A stretch of 63,360 nt of DNA, the filler included, from Callorhinchus milii (taxonomy: Eukaryota), in assembly GCF_018977255.1 (NCBI RefSeq). It is 2 parts of 2 records of this genome, joined end to end, with 100 filler letters (N's around TTAATTAATTAA, not from the genome) between each part and the next. Parts side by side here need not be neighbours in the genome. Positions count along the whole stretch, not along the records: positions 1 to 31,656 come from NW_024705611.1; 1 more part is not named here. One strand, 5' to 3'. The notes under the pieces were generated by a model, which had not been told where the DNA came from, ran no database searches, and was given only the letters and a program-made list of their open reading frames with translations. The translations under genes were made by a program, and so were the position numbers. Numbering within the stretch: the stretch's first letter is position 1; each line of letters opens with the position of its first letter. This document shows, in pieces, positions 12,517 to 23,620 of the stretch.

Positions 12517-12927
12517 CTAATAATAATTATCCTTACATTGATATAGTACCTTATATCATTGTCAAGTTGCCTCAATTTTCCTGTGAAGTGTAGTGACTGT
12601 GTATTGGTAGGTGAACTCTACCAAATTTGTTCACAGCAACGCCCCACTAAGTCAATAAGTGAGTCAACAATTTTGTTTGGGGAATTGTTGGCCAGGAAAC
12701 TGGGAGAAACTCCCTCTTTAACCCTGGATCTTTTAATGACCAGCTGAACAGGCAGACAAGGATTTGGTTTAAGTCTCAACCACACCTCCAATAATGCAGC
12801 ACACACCCGGATCTACATCGGAGTATCAGTCTAGACTGTGAGTTCAAGTCCCCATGTGGAACTTGAACTTACAACCTTCTGACTCAGAGGTGAGAGTGCT
12901 ACCAACTGAGCCAGGCTGCCACCTAAC
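12517..12927 (-). mobile_element. Deu-domain-type SINE (SacSINE1/AmnSINE-like)
   Basis: tRNA-like head (rc of CCTTCTGACTCAGAGGTGAGAGTGCTACCAACTGAGCC), central GGGAGAAACTCCC..GGATCTTTTAA block, L2-like tail; related copies at ~21350-21725, 23900-24010, 26620-26940, 31250-31630. Confidence 0.7.
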
Positions 12928-13210
12928 CCAACTCTTTTTCTCATTCACCAAACCTTTCAATATTCTTAATATTCCTCCTTTTCAGGCATCTCATTCCCTT
13001 CTAAAGTAATTTATGCTTTTATGGAAATATCGACAAAAGAGAGAGGGAGAGATTAGAAACTGAACAGAGTACCCTCTAATCTCTTTCATTGGTTGGCACT
13101 AGCAGAGAAGGTGAAAACATGCCATCGCTGACCTGCATCTGGCAACTCTTAGTTGCTGATACACATAATAAAATTAGAATAAAATAAAATCAATTAACTA
13201 GACAATGTAC

Positions 13211-13271
13211 CTTGGCCCCTCTGAAGTAAGATGAACTGATTGTTTGGAACTTCTCCTGCCCAGCTGTGTCC
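13211..13271 (-). CDS. Rab8/10/13-like exon 3 (G3/switch II)
   Basis: TTACAG acceptor; (W)DTAGQEKFQTISSSYFRGAK; 61 nt; GT donor. Confidence 0.95.
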
Positions 13272-13607
13272 CTGTAAGAATAAAATAGCTGCTTTTGTGT
13301 TATGATAATTTCAGTTTAATGAAAAGCTTGACATGATACATGATTTACAGTCCTGAATAAACCGGGGGCACATTAATTGAAAAGGAAGATTCATTGTGAC
13401 TGACTCTAGCTGACTGGGAGCCTGAACCGGTAATGGGTGCTCGGGGAATGGGATGGCAGAAAAGGAGTCTGAAAGCAGATCAGGAAGAGAGGTCTTGCTG
13501 GTTTTCAAAGTAGGGGAGAGCGGGAGCAAGGCAGAGGGTCTCTGGGATGGAGTTCCAGAGAGTGGGGACATAATAATACTACTTGCATTTTCATATAGCG
13601 CCTTATC

Positions 13608-14228
13608 ACAACAACAACAAAATTACATTTGTATAGCGCCTTTCACGTCGGGATGACGTCCCAAGTTGCTGGACAATCAGTGTTTCGGACCTGAGCTAGG
13701 GGTTAGGATCGAGGGTGGGGGGGGGGGGGGGAACCGAAGGTGTGGTCGAAAAGGAGGGTCTTGAGATGGGTATTGGAGGGGGTGAGGTGGAGGGACTGCA
13801 GGATGGAGTTCCAGAGGGTGGGGGCAGAGTGGCTGAAGGCCCGCCAGCCAATGGTGAGGTGAGCGAGATGGGGGACGTATAGCAGGCCAGAGCCCATTGA
13901 GCAGAGGGAGCGGGCAGGTTGGTAGGGGGTTAGGAGATCCAGAGGTAGGGGGTGCAAGGCCATCGAGGGCCTTGAAAGTGAGGACCAGGATTTTAAACTA
14001 TCAGGCAAGAATGGAGGTGATAGGGTCACGGAGCCTGGTGCGGGAGAGGACACGGGCTGCAGAGTTCTGGATGATCTGCAGCCTATGGAGGGAGGAGTTG
14101 GGGAAGCTGACAAGCAGGGAGTTTGCGTGGTCGATCCTGGATGTAATGAATGCATGTGTGAGGGTCTTGGTGGCCTGCAGGGTGAGACAGTGGCGGAGCT
14201 GAGCCATGTTGCGGAGGTGGGGAAAGGC
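13608..14228 (-). mobile_element. L2 LINE 3' fragment
   Basis: [40 protein letters not shown]; (TTG)n tail. Confidence 0.88.
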
Positions 14229-14545
14229 ATTGAGACGTCTCAAAGCGCTTCATGCTATAAAGTGAATTGACTATATTTTTTGAACGGAATGTGGCAGTCA
14301 GCTGTGCACAGTGGTGTCCCACAAAGAGTCGTGGATTGAGTGATCAAATTATTATTTTTTTTAAGGGATGATTACCCCCAGAAAAGTGATTCGACAATCA
14401 ACTAACAACCAATTCCTACTTACTGCTAGGTAAAACAGGTGCGTGGAGTAAGAAAACCTGCCTAACATTTCACCCTGCCTGGGAATCAAACCCAGGACCT
14501 CTTGCTTGCGAGGCAACTGCTCTAACCAATGCGCTACAGAACTCC
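14229..14545 (-). mobile_element. tRNA-derived SINE
   Basis: Reverse complement of the 8776/16596 family. Confidence 0.85.
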
Positions 14546-16595
14546 ACAACAGATTGCCTGCAAAGTTCAACCACTTATGGTGGGGCGGATGAGATCGGCA
14601 GGGGACATGAAGAAGGCCAGTGATTGCTGAGCACAGGGAGAAGCCGGAGTAGTAGCATCTGCAGGAGGTTACAGACCAAGCTGCTGGTTAGAGGCTGTAA
14701 GCTTTTACCAGCATTGGAGGATATGGAGATAGGAAGAGAGTGAGATGAATAAATACTCCATCGCAATCAATCAATGCTAAATAGGATGGAGAAAGTAAAC
14801 CTAGAACAATACTTTCTGGTATACAGGGCAAGAGGACACAGACTCAGTGTTGTAAAGGGTAACATTAGCTTTTATTCGTAGCTGTTTGTGGGACATTGCA
14901 TGGGTAAATTAGCTAGCATATATGCCTACAAAAAAATATAGATGTAAGAGTCAATACTTTAAGGCATGTGAAGATGTTCCAACATGATAAGTGTTGTATC
15001 AAATGCAAGAATTATAGTATTCTGGATCAAATGGGCTTCTTCATCCAAACCTCTCTTGTGATCTTGTAGCCTAAGATGGGAAACTATACCATTTGCATTT
15101 TTTTGCACGTTTGTATAGCACCTTTCACATCAGGAGGACATCCCAAAGGGCAAAACTACTTCTGTTGCAGCTGTGAGAAACCCACCATTTTTTTCAAGAG
15201 ATAAAAGCCAAGAGAAAAAAAGAAAATTTGGAAATACATATCAGATCAATATTGATCATCAGCATTGAGTTGGGTTAATGCTTCAGGTTTGACCTTTCAA
15301 CAGAACTGAAAGAGGCTGGAAGACGCTTGGGGATCCCAGAGTGTGCATTGGGGTACTGCTGGAGTTAACCAGCTAAAACCTTACAGTTGATAATATTGTC
15401 TGGGAAGCTTTCCTAGAAAGTATTAGGCCGTAGTTTGGCAAGAGTGTTTGCCTACAAAATACACATTAATTGCACTTTAGCACTTTGCAGTGAATCCTGT
15501 CAAGGGCTTTGAGATGTCTTCCCAATGTGAAAGGAGCTACAGTATATCAAATGCAAGGATTATTAAAGAAACACAAGAAACAGATACCAGAGGTTATAGT
15601 CATTCAGTGAACTACATAACCATTGTAACAAGAGCAGGAAATAAAATGGGTGAAAATTGGAAAGAAATAATGTGGTTCAAATGCCAGAGTCATTGTTCTC
15701 AATGGTGAAGTCAAAAATAACAGATGTGTAATCATGACCATTTATTGCCTTTCAGCTAGATATGGATTGAGTCACAAGATGGCAAGATTACAGAAGAGGT
15801 TTAGATGAAGAAGGGCCTTTGCCCTATATGATCTCATCCTTCCAGAACACCCAGTCCTAAGTTCACTCATCAGAACAGCAAATTGTTAAATGATATCAGT
15901 GGCTTGGCCTACACCACCCTTTCTGATAATCTTTTATAATTTCTGGATAAGTAAGTAATTCCTGGTGTCCATCCTGGAATGCACTTTGCAACCAAGAAGT
16001 CATTCTCCTCTTGTTCTGTTTGTTTTCTTGAACATTTTGTTCTGGGTTTACATTTTCAATCCCATTTAAAATCTTATATACCTCTTATAAAGTCCCCTTT
16101 AAGAAATCTCATTTGAAGCCCTGAATAGTCCTAGCATGTCTAATTATCGCTCACAGCTTATTCCATAATATGATGTGGACAATAAATTTGACACACCAAA
16201 TGTTCTTTTCATAAGGCAGCTCTTTTATCGATCAATAAATGTTTTTGTTCAGAATAGTTATCTCTGCCTTCAAATGGCCAGAGACATATCCTCAGCAGAG
16301 GACTCCAGCAATGCCCAATAACATCTCAGCCTGGACTCCAGTGGATGTCTCTTCATCTATTGGAGCTTCTACCAATTTAAACATAAAAATGCACTAGCAC
16401 CTGCAGTACCAAATATAACTAGTTTAACTGCTCCCTTAGCGCCACTTTTTTGATCACCATCTTCATGACTTCGGATGCACTCTACACCTCACTAAGCGAG
16501 TACAGAAACTTGGCAACTCGTTTCAACCTCAACTGTCCTTTCTACCCCATATTCGTGCCATGACCTGCTCTGCCTTCCCCCATCTCCAGGACAGT

Positions 16596-16980
16596 GGAGT
16601 CCTCTAGCTCAGTGGTTAGAGCACTCGCTTTGCAAGTGAAAGACTTGGGTTTGATTCCAGCAGGGCGAAATGTTGGACAAGTTTCCTTACTCCACACCCC
16701 TCTGTTTACCTAACAGTAAGTAGGAACCCGGTTGTTAGTCGATTGGCGGATCATTTTTCGGGGTAATAAATAATTCCTTCAAAAAATGTACTTTTGAAAA
16801 TAATAATTTGGTCACTCAATCCACGACTGATTGTGGGACACTGCTGTGCGCAATTAGCTCCCATGTTTCACCCACAAAATATACAGTCAATTCACATTAC
16901 AGTATAATCTGTGAAGCTCTTTGAGACGTCTCGAAGACGTGATAATGGGCTATATCAAATGCAAGGATTATTACTATTAT
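16596..16980 (+). mobile_element. Full-length tRNA-derived SINE
   Basis: GGAGTCCTCTAGCTCAGTGGTTAGAGCAC head, B box GGTTTGATTCC, family body and tail. Confidence 0.9.
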
Positions 16981-17751
16981 AGTCCCAGAAAGTTGCAACA
17001 CTGCAATAAACAACCGCAGCTTAGTTCCCCATCAAAACTATTTTGAAATGAATCACATGGTGGAAACTAAAAACAGGAAAGGATTTCTATTTTAGTTTTT
17101 CACAGCCTTAATTCTTCCTTTTTAACTTAACCCAGAGGCTGTTACTCCTCAGCAAATACTGTACATATTCATCTCACTAAGTTTGGGATTCAGATGCCTG
17201 AAATTATGATAAATTGAATTTATAATAATAATAATCCTTGCATTTGGTATAGTGCCTTATCACATCTTCGAGCGGTCTCAAAGCGCTTCATAGAATATAC
17301 TGGAAAGTGAATTGACTTTAAATTTTGTGGGTGAAATTTGAGAATTTTCCACAATTCTGCCCAAATCTCAAGTATTGAAACAAATGGTCAGATAATGGTC
17401 TAAGTCTCCAAAAAAAGGTCCCTTCCCCCACCCCAATGAGTTTGCATAGTCGAACCTCGATGTAATGAAATACTCTATAAACTTCAAAACTCTAGAAGTT
17501 TTTCTGAACCTCTCCTTTTATAATAATAATCCTTGCATTTGATATAGTGCCCTATCACGTAGTCGAACGTCTCAAAGTGCTTCACAGAATATACCGTAAA
17601 GTGAAATGATTGTAAATTTTGTGAGCAAAACACAGCAGTCGATTACACTCAGCAGTGTCCCACAAAAAGGCCTGGATTGAGTGACCAACTTATTATTTTT
17701 TTGGAAGGAATTATTACCCCCAGGAAAGTGATCCGCCAATTGACTAACAAC

Positions 17752-18501
17752 CAACAACAACAACAACAAGATTCCATTTATAGAGCGCTTTTCACGTCGG
17801 GAGAGACGTCCCAAGGTACTGTACAGTTGGGTCAGGACCCGAGCAGGGGGAAATGGTCAGGGTGAGGGAAGGGAAGGGAGGAGCGAGGAGGGGGTAGAGA
17901 GTCGAGAGGGGAGCTGAAGGCACGGTCAAAGAGAAAGGTCTTGAGACCGGCCTTGAAGGAGGAAAGGAGGAGGCAGCGAAGGCACTGAGGGATGGAGTTC
18001 CAGAGCCTCGGGCTGAGAGGCTGAAGGCCCGGCCATCGATGGTAGGGCGGTTGGGGCGGGGGATGTGGAGCAGACCGGAGCCAGAGGAACGGAGGGTACG
18101 GGCAGGTAAGTAGGGGGATAGTAGGTCGGAGAGGTAGGAGGGAGCAAGGCCATGAATGGCCTTGTAGGTGAGGATGAGGATCTTGAATTCGATCCTCTGG
18201 GGGATGGGAGTCAGTGGAGGCGAGCGAGGGTGGGAGTGATGTGGTCGTGAAGTCTGGTGCGGGACAGTACACCGAGCTGCAGAGTTCTGAATGACCTGCA
18301 GCTTGTGGAGGGAGGTGCCGGGAAGGCCGACGAGGAGAGAGTTCCCATAGTCCAGCCTTGAGGTGATAAAGGCGTGGACCAGAGTTTCAGCAGCGTGAGG
18401 GGTGAGGTAGTGCCGTAGTCTGGTGATATTCCGGAGGTGATGGAAGGCGGTGCCAGTTGTGGCGCGGATATGAGGGAGAAAGGACAACTCAGGGTCGAAC
18501 A
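17752..18501 (-). mobile_element. Young L2 LINE 3' fragment inserted into a SINE (SINE parts 17520-17752 and 18502-18560)
   Basis: [32 protein letters not shown]; closely similar to 1815-2558; flanks reconstitute the SINE sequence GACTAACAACC|GTTCCTACTTACT. Confidence 0.92.
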
Positions 18502-18661
18502 AGTTCCTACTTACTTCCAGGTAAACAGAGAGTACAGAAACCTGCCCACCATTTCATCCTTGACTGTGTATTTTGTGGGCGAAATGCAGTAGCCAATTGC
18601 GCACAGTAATGCCCCAGAAACAGAGTAACCAAACTTGTATGTAACACATCATTTTACTTGC

Positions 18662-18722
18662 CAGATTTGAAGCTTAATCTTCTTCCCATCCAATTCAATG
18701 CCTTCGAGTTTAAAATCAACAC
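18662..18722 (-). CDS. Rab8/10/13-like exon 2
   Basis: TTTTGCAG acceptor; (G)VDFKLEGIELDGKKIKLQI(W); 61 nt as in Rab8-family genes; donor is GCAAGT. Confidence 0.92.
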
Positions 18723-18931
18723 CTGCAAAAAATGAAAGCTAAAATGAAGAAAGGTAAGCTCTGTGATGCAGTTGCTTGCTGTGCCGAGTTTTTATGTCCT
18801 TATTTTCTGCTCTTGAATGTTAAGGCAATTAAAGATATCTCAGTGGTGACACTGCCTTCATAATTACATTATAGTACCGTATACAATGAATGTATTTGCT
18901 GAGCTGGGGAGTTCATTGAATTTTACCTTAT

Positions 18932-19500
18932 ATAACAACAACTTGCATTTATATAGTGCCCTTCACATGGGGTAGGGTCCGGGAATGCTTCACAGTGACA
19001 GAGTCTGACAACGAGCCAGGAGGAGAGGGAGGTGACCATAAGCACGATCAAAAAGGAACGTCTTCAGGCAGAATTTGAAAGTGGAGAGGGAGGATGCAGG
19101 GCGGAGGGATTGAGGGAAAGAGTTCCAGAGTTTCAGGGCAAAGTGGCTGAAGGCACGGCCACCGATGGTGGAATGGAGGGCACGAGGGAAGAATAGGAGG
19201 CCGGAACCAGCTGAGCAGAGGCAGCGGATGGTGGAGTGGAGGGTAAGCCGGTTGGATAAGTAGGGAGGTGCGAGGGAATGAAGGGATTTGAAAACAAGTG
19301 AGAGGATCTTGAAATCGATCCGTTCAGTGATTAGGAGCCAGTGGAGCCTGGCAAAGACTGGTATGATGGAGGTATGAGTTTCATGCAGATGAGTATCCGG
19401 AATTAATTAATTAATTAATTGGAATTAATTAATGTATGGTGGAGCTGGGGAGACCAGCGAGGTGGGCATTGGAATAGTCCAGCTGGGTACAGCCAAGATA
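18932..19500 (-). mobile_element. Older L2 LINE 3' fragment with internal (TTAA)n microsatellite at ~19401-19432
   Basis: Degenerate similarity to the L2 3' end (rc of GAGTTCCAGAG, GGATCTTGAAATCGATCC). Confidence 0.7.
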
Positions 19501-19739
19501 ATAGCATGTGATGATTCAATGTTAAAGCTGTAATGATCCTATTTTCACTATTTATAAACACTTGTGAACAGTAACGACCTGCATTTTTATATTGTTGTGT
19601 CACATCAAATACTTTCAAAACGCAATACATCAATAACTTGTCAAGTTTTGTGGCTGCTTTTATTCACAGAATGTTTTAGAAGAAAGAACTTTGAGCAATG
19701 ATGACTAGACAAAATAGTGCACTTCAACTTTGAAAAGAG

Positions 19740-20100
19740 ATGACTCAGACAGAATGTTACATAGAGTTTTGCAAGATTTTAAATGGGATTAGGAAAGTAA
19801 ATCCAGAACAGTACTTTGAGATAAGTCAAAGCAGCAGAACAAGCTGGCACAGGTTTGCAAAGGGCAATTTCAGGACAGGCAGTAGGAAACATCTCAACGA
19901 TGTGATAAGGCTCTATATCAAATGTAAGAATTATTATTATTATTACATTTAACAAGTAGAACAGGTTACCAGAAAGAATGATTGAGGCTAGGATGCTGGA
20001 CTTACTTAAAATAAGCTTTATGTTTTAATGGGTGAAAGATAATGTAGAAGGATCTAGACGCAGGAGATTAAATAGGTCAAAGGACTTTCTTGATCTCAAC
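19740..20100 (+). mobile_element. CR1-type LINE 3' remnant
   Basis: IEFCKILNGIRKVNPEQYF..SRT..H...KGNFRT..RK resembles the CR1 ORF2 C-terminus. Confidence 0.6.
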
Positions 20101-20287
20101 CCTTGCTTTGTGTACATCATCCTTTTCGTAAATGTTGATTAGTTGACAAACAGGAAAACCACAGCATTGACGAGGCTTATGAGCTCACTAAAGAAAGTGA
20201 CAGGACGATTGAGGAAACAGCAAAACAGAGCCTTACACACATCCGACCTACACATTCTGGTTTCTTATCTACCACACATTCGCCTGC

Positions 20288-20690
20288 AACAATAACAAAT
20301 TACATTTGGATAGCGCCTTTCATGTCAGGAAGACATACCAAGGCATTGGACAGTCAGGGATCCGCACCCAAGCTGGTGGTTGAAGATGAGAACGAGGATT
20401 TTGAACTCTATCCTCAGGGATGGGGAGCCAGTGGAGCCGAGTGAGGGTGGGAATGATAGGGTCACTGAGCCTGGTGCAGGAGAGGACATGAGCTGCAGAG
20501 TTCTGGATGATCTGCAGCTTGTGGAAGGAAGAGTTAGGAATCCCGACAAGCAGGGAGTTGGCATAGTTGAACCTGGATATGATGAATGCATGAATAAGGG
20601 TTTCAGTGGTGGAGGGTGAGGCAGTGGTGGAGTTGGGTGATGTTGAGGAGGTGGGTAATGCAGAGCGAGCGGGTCATGGCATGGATGTGG
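20288..20690 (-). mobile_element. L2 LINE fragment (internally deleted)
   Basis: Reverse complement encodes [20 protein letters not shown]-type segments and the L2 tail. Confidence 0.8.
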
Positions 20691-20938
20691 GCGAAAACCA
20701 TAGCTGTTACATGGTTGATGAACTCACCAAAGAAAGCAAAAGGAAGATTGAGGAAACAGCAAAACAGGACATTACACCCAACCGACCTACATATTCTGTT
20801 TTTTTATCTACCACACATTCGTTTGAAGAAATACAGATACTTCACTTTACATTAAATCCTGTGAAGCTCTTTAAAACATCCTCCCAACATGAAAGGCAGC
20901 ATATCAAATTCAAGGATTTCTTTACAGTTATTACCTAC

Positions 20939-21059
20939 CAATGGCTGAATTATTCATTTGATCTTGACCTGCAAAATGGGACATCAAGTCAATCTTTCCA
21001 ACTCCTTGAGAGCCGATCAAGATAATCTTGAATGTATAATCCCATTCCTTCTTCGCCAT
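20939..21059 (-). CDS. Divergent Rab8/10/13-family small GTPase, exon 1
   Basis: ATG in ACAATGG context; MAKKEWDYTFKIILIGSQGVGKIDLMSHFAGQDQMNNSAI(G); 121 nt, phase-1 GTAGGT donor. Confidence 0.9.
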
Positions 21060-21349
21060 TGTCTAAAAGCTCGTCCCAGCACAGGCTGCTCACACCAGAA
21101 CTGCAATACTGTGGGGAAATCTGTTGTCAAGATTTGTGTAATGTTTCCTGTTCTACTGAACCTTATTGGCAGGAATCCTGACGTGGCTGTTCTCACACAC
21201 CCAGTTTTAACTTATTTCTGTGCTCAGCTCTCTATCAAAAGATATCGGTTAGGTTTCTGCTAATAGTATTGTGTTGGGTTTTAGGCTTCCTATTGTAGAA
21301 AGGACATCACAGTCATAATAACAGCAGGCCTTGCAGTTGGTATAGCACC

Positions 21350-21725
21350 TAATCATGTTGTCGAGATGTCTCAAAGTGCTCACAGGATTTACTGTAAACT
21401 GTAGTCACTGTGTATTTTGTAAGGGAATAGCAATGTCCCACAAACAGCCACGATGTAAATTTTAACTGGGGGATTCCTAGCCAGGACACTGGGAGAAACT
21501 CCCTTCTCTTTTCAAATAGAGCCATGGGATACTTAACATCCCACTGAACAGACAGGTGGGACATTGAGTTACATTTCATCTGAAGGACGGCACCTCTGTC
21601 AAAGCAGCACTTTGCCAGCACTGCACTGGATGCCACCTTGCCTGTGAGTCTGTGAGTTCAAAGTCCTCATGTGGGGCTTGAACCCACAAATGTTTGACTT
21701 CGAGGCAACAGTACTAGTAACTGCA
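21350..21725 (-). mobile_element. Deu-domain-type SINE
   Basis: Same layout as 12517-12927. Confidence 0.65.
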
Positions 21726-23139
21726 ATGGTTGTCATGGAGCAGGTATAGTAGCAATTCACTTGGATGATAATAATAATCCTTACATTTGATATAGCGCCT
21801 TATCACGTCATCAAGCACTTCACAGGATTTACTATGTGAAGTGCAGTGACTGTGTATTGGACAGCAAGGATAATTATGTGGAAAGAGTTGAAAGGAGAGG
21901 CCTGTTTTTGTTGCAACAGAGAAGGTGAATTCAATAAAATGTTTTCCAAATTATGAACAGTTCTGATAGAGAAAGATAATGTCTGTTGAGCTATGGTAAT
22001 TTGGTCTTGTTTGTTTCTTAGGTCACACCACCCTCTTGTGGCACATATTGTAATGCAGTTTTACAAGGAAAATAATAAAGATAATTGTTGCATTTTGGGA
22101 GGACGTCTCATAGCTCTTTGCATGTTTTAACTTATTTCTGTAATCGGCTTTCTGTGTAAAAGCCATTGGGAAAATGTAGTGATGTAGCAAACGCAGTGAC
22201 GCAATTTTATCTGCAGGAGAAACTCTTTTCTCTTTTCAAACAATGCATGGGATCTTTAACGTCCAACTGCTATCCAGTAGCGCTAGTTTCTCCTGATATC
22301 CTTCTCAGCAATCCTCAAGATAAATTGGAAACTCTCCTACGCGATGGATGCTATATAAATGTAAGCTGTTGTTGTCGTTCATCACAAACGACTGCTGCCT
22401 TTGCCTACAAACGTACAGCTACTATGCAAGTTACCAATGAAGTGCTTTGACATGTGTTGGAGGCACTGTATTCAATGGAAAGATAATTGTTACTAGTTTA
22501 AGCTTACGCCAAACGCTGCTGAAATCCCCGTGCGTTCGGCCCCTCCTGCCTCAATTTGCCCAATGCACTTCTCATCGATCTCCCCAGCTTCGCTGTAAAT
22601 AAGGTGCAGAACTCTTGCTGCCCACATACTGACCCGGACCAAACTCCGTCCCCACATCTCAGCTGCTGAACTTGCCAACAAATACACAGCCTGCAAATAA
22701 ATACCCTTTACAAAGAAATCTACAAAAACCTTTGAGACATATCAACATTATATGTGCTGTGTCAAATGTAGGGATTATTTATTATCCATCAAATTAGCAG
22801 CAGTGAGACAGAGTTTATGGAAACAGCAGGGTCATCTCATTCAGACAGTGTGTTGACGTATTGCTTGCACAGTGCAGAGAAATGAAGCAGCCGTTTCCAC
22901 TTGGCAAGGAGAGTCAGCGCTCGAGAAAACACGGGCCAACAATGTTGAGAAAGTTAATAAATGAGCCAAAGAATTGTAAGAAATGAACCTTTGAGCTGAA
23001 AGGGGTTGAAAGAGCTGCCATGTAGCACAATTGGAAAGTCACATCAACTTCATAGGCCAGCAGGAGCCAAAGAAACAAGGAAAGCTGCCTCACTGCCCGG
23101 GAATGGGTGAGCGGGTGGAGAGGGTTGGACGTTTTTGCT

Positions 23140-23620
23140 CTGCCCACGGCACAGAGTCAGCGTTTGTCAAAGTCACGAACGACATTCTCTCTATCTGTGA
23201 CTAGGGATCCCTCTGCCTCCTCGTCCTCCTGGATCTCTCTGCCGCGTTCGACACATTGGACCACGCCATCCTCCTCGCTCGGCTCTCCTCTCCCTCATCT
23301 ACTTTAATGGTACCGTACTCTGATGGTTCGAGTCCTGCTTAACAAACAACCTCCATTTCATCTCAGCAAATGGTTTCTCCTCCCATTCCCACCCGGTCAC
23401 CTGCAGGATACCCCAACCTTGGCCCTTTTCTTTTCCGTATCTATATGATCCCTCTGGGTGATGTCATCCGCAGACACGGGGTAAACTTCCACATGTATGT
23501 GGATGACACACAAATCTACTTTGCCTCCTCCAGTACCAACTCCAGGTCCACCGATGTGCTATCAGCTTGTCTGTAAACTTCCTGCAGCTGAATATGGACA
23601 AGATGGAAGCCATCTCCAAC
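23140..23620 (+). mobile_element. L2 RT-domain fragment
   Basis: LVLLDLSAAFDTLDH and [27 protein letters not shown]. Confidence 0.85.

Noticed and set aside
19401..19432. Second artificial TTAATTAA linker
   Set aside because: There are no flanking Ns, the repeat is imperfect and it sits inside a continuous L2 remnant, so it is a natural microsatellite.
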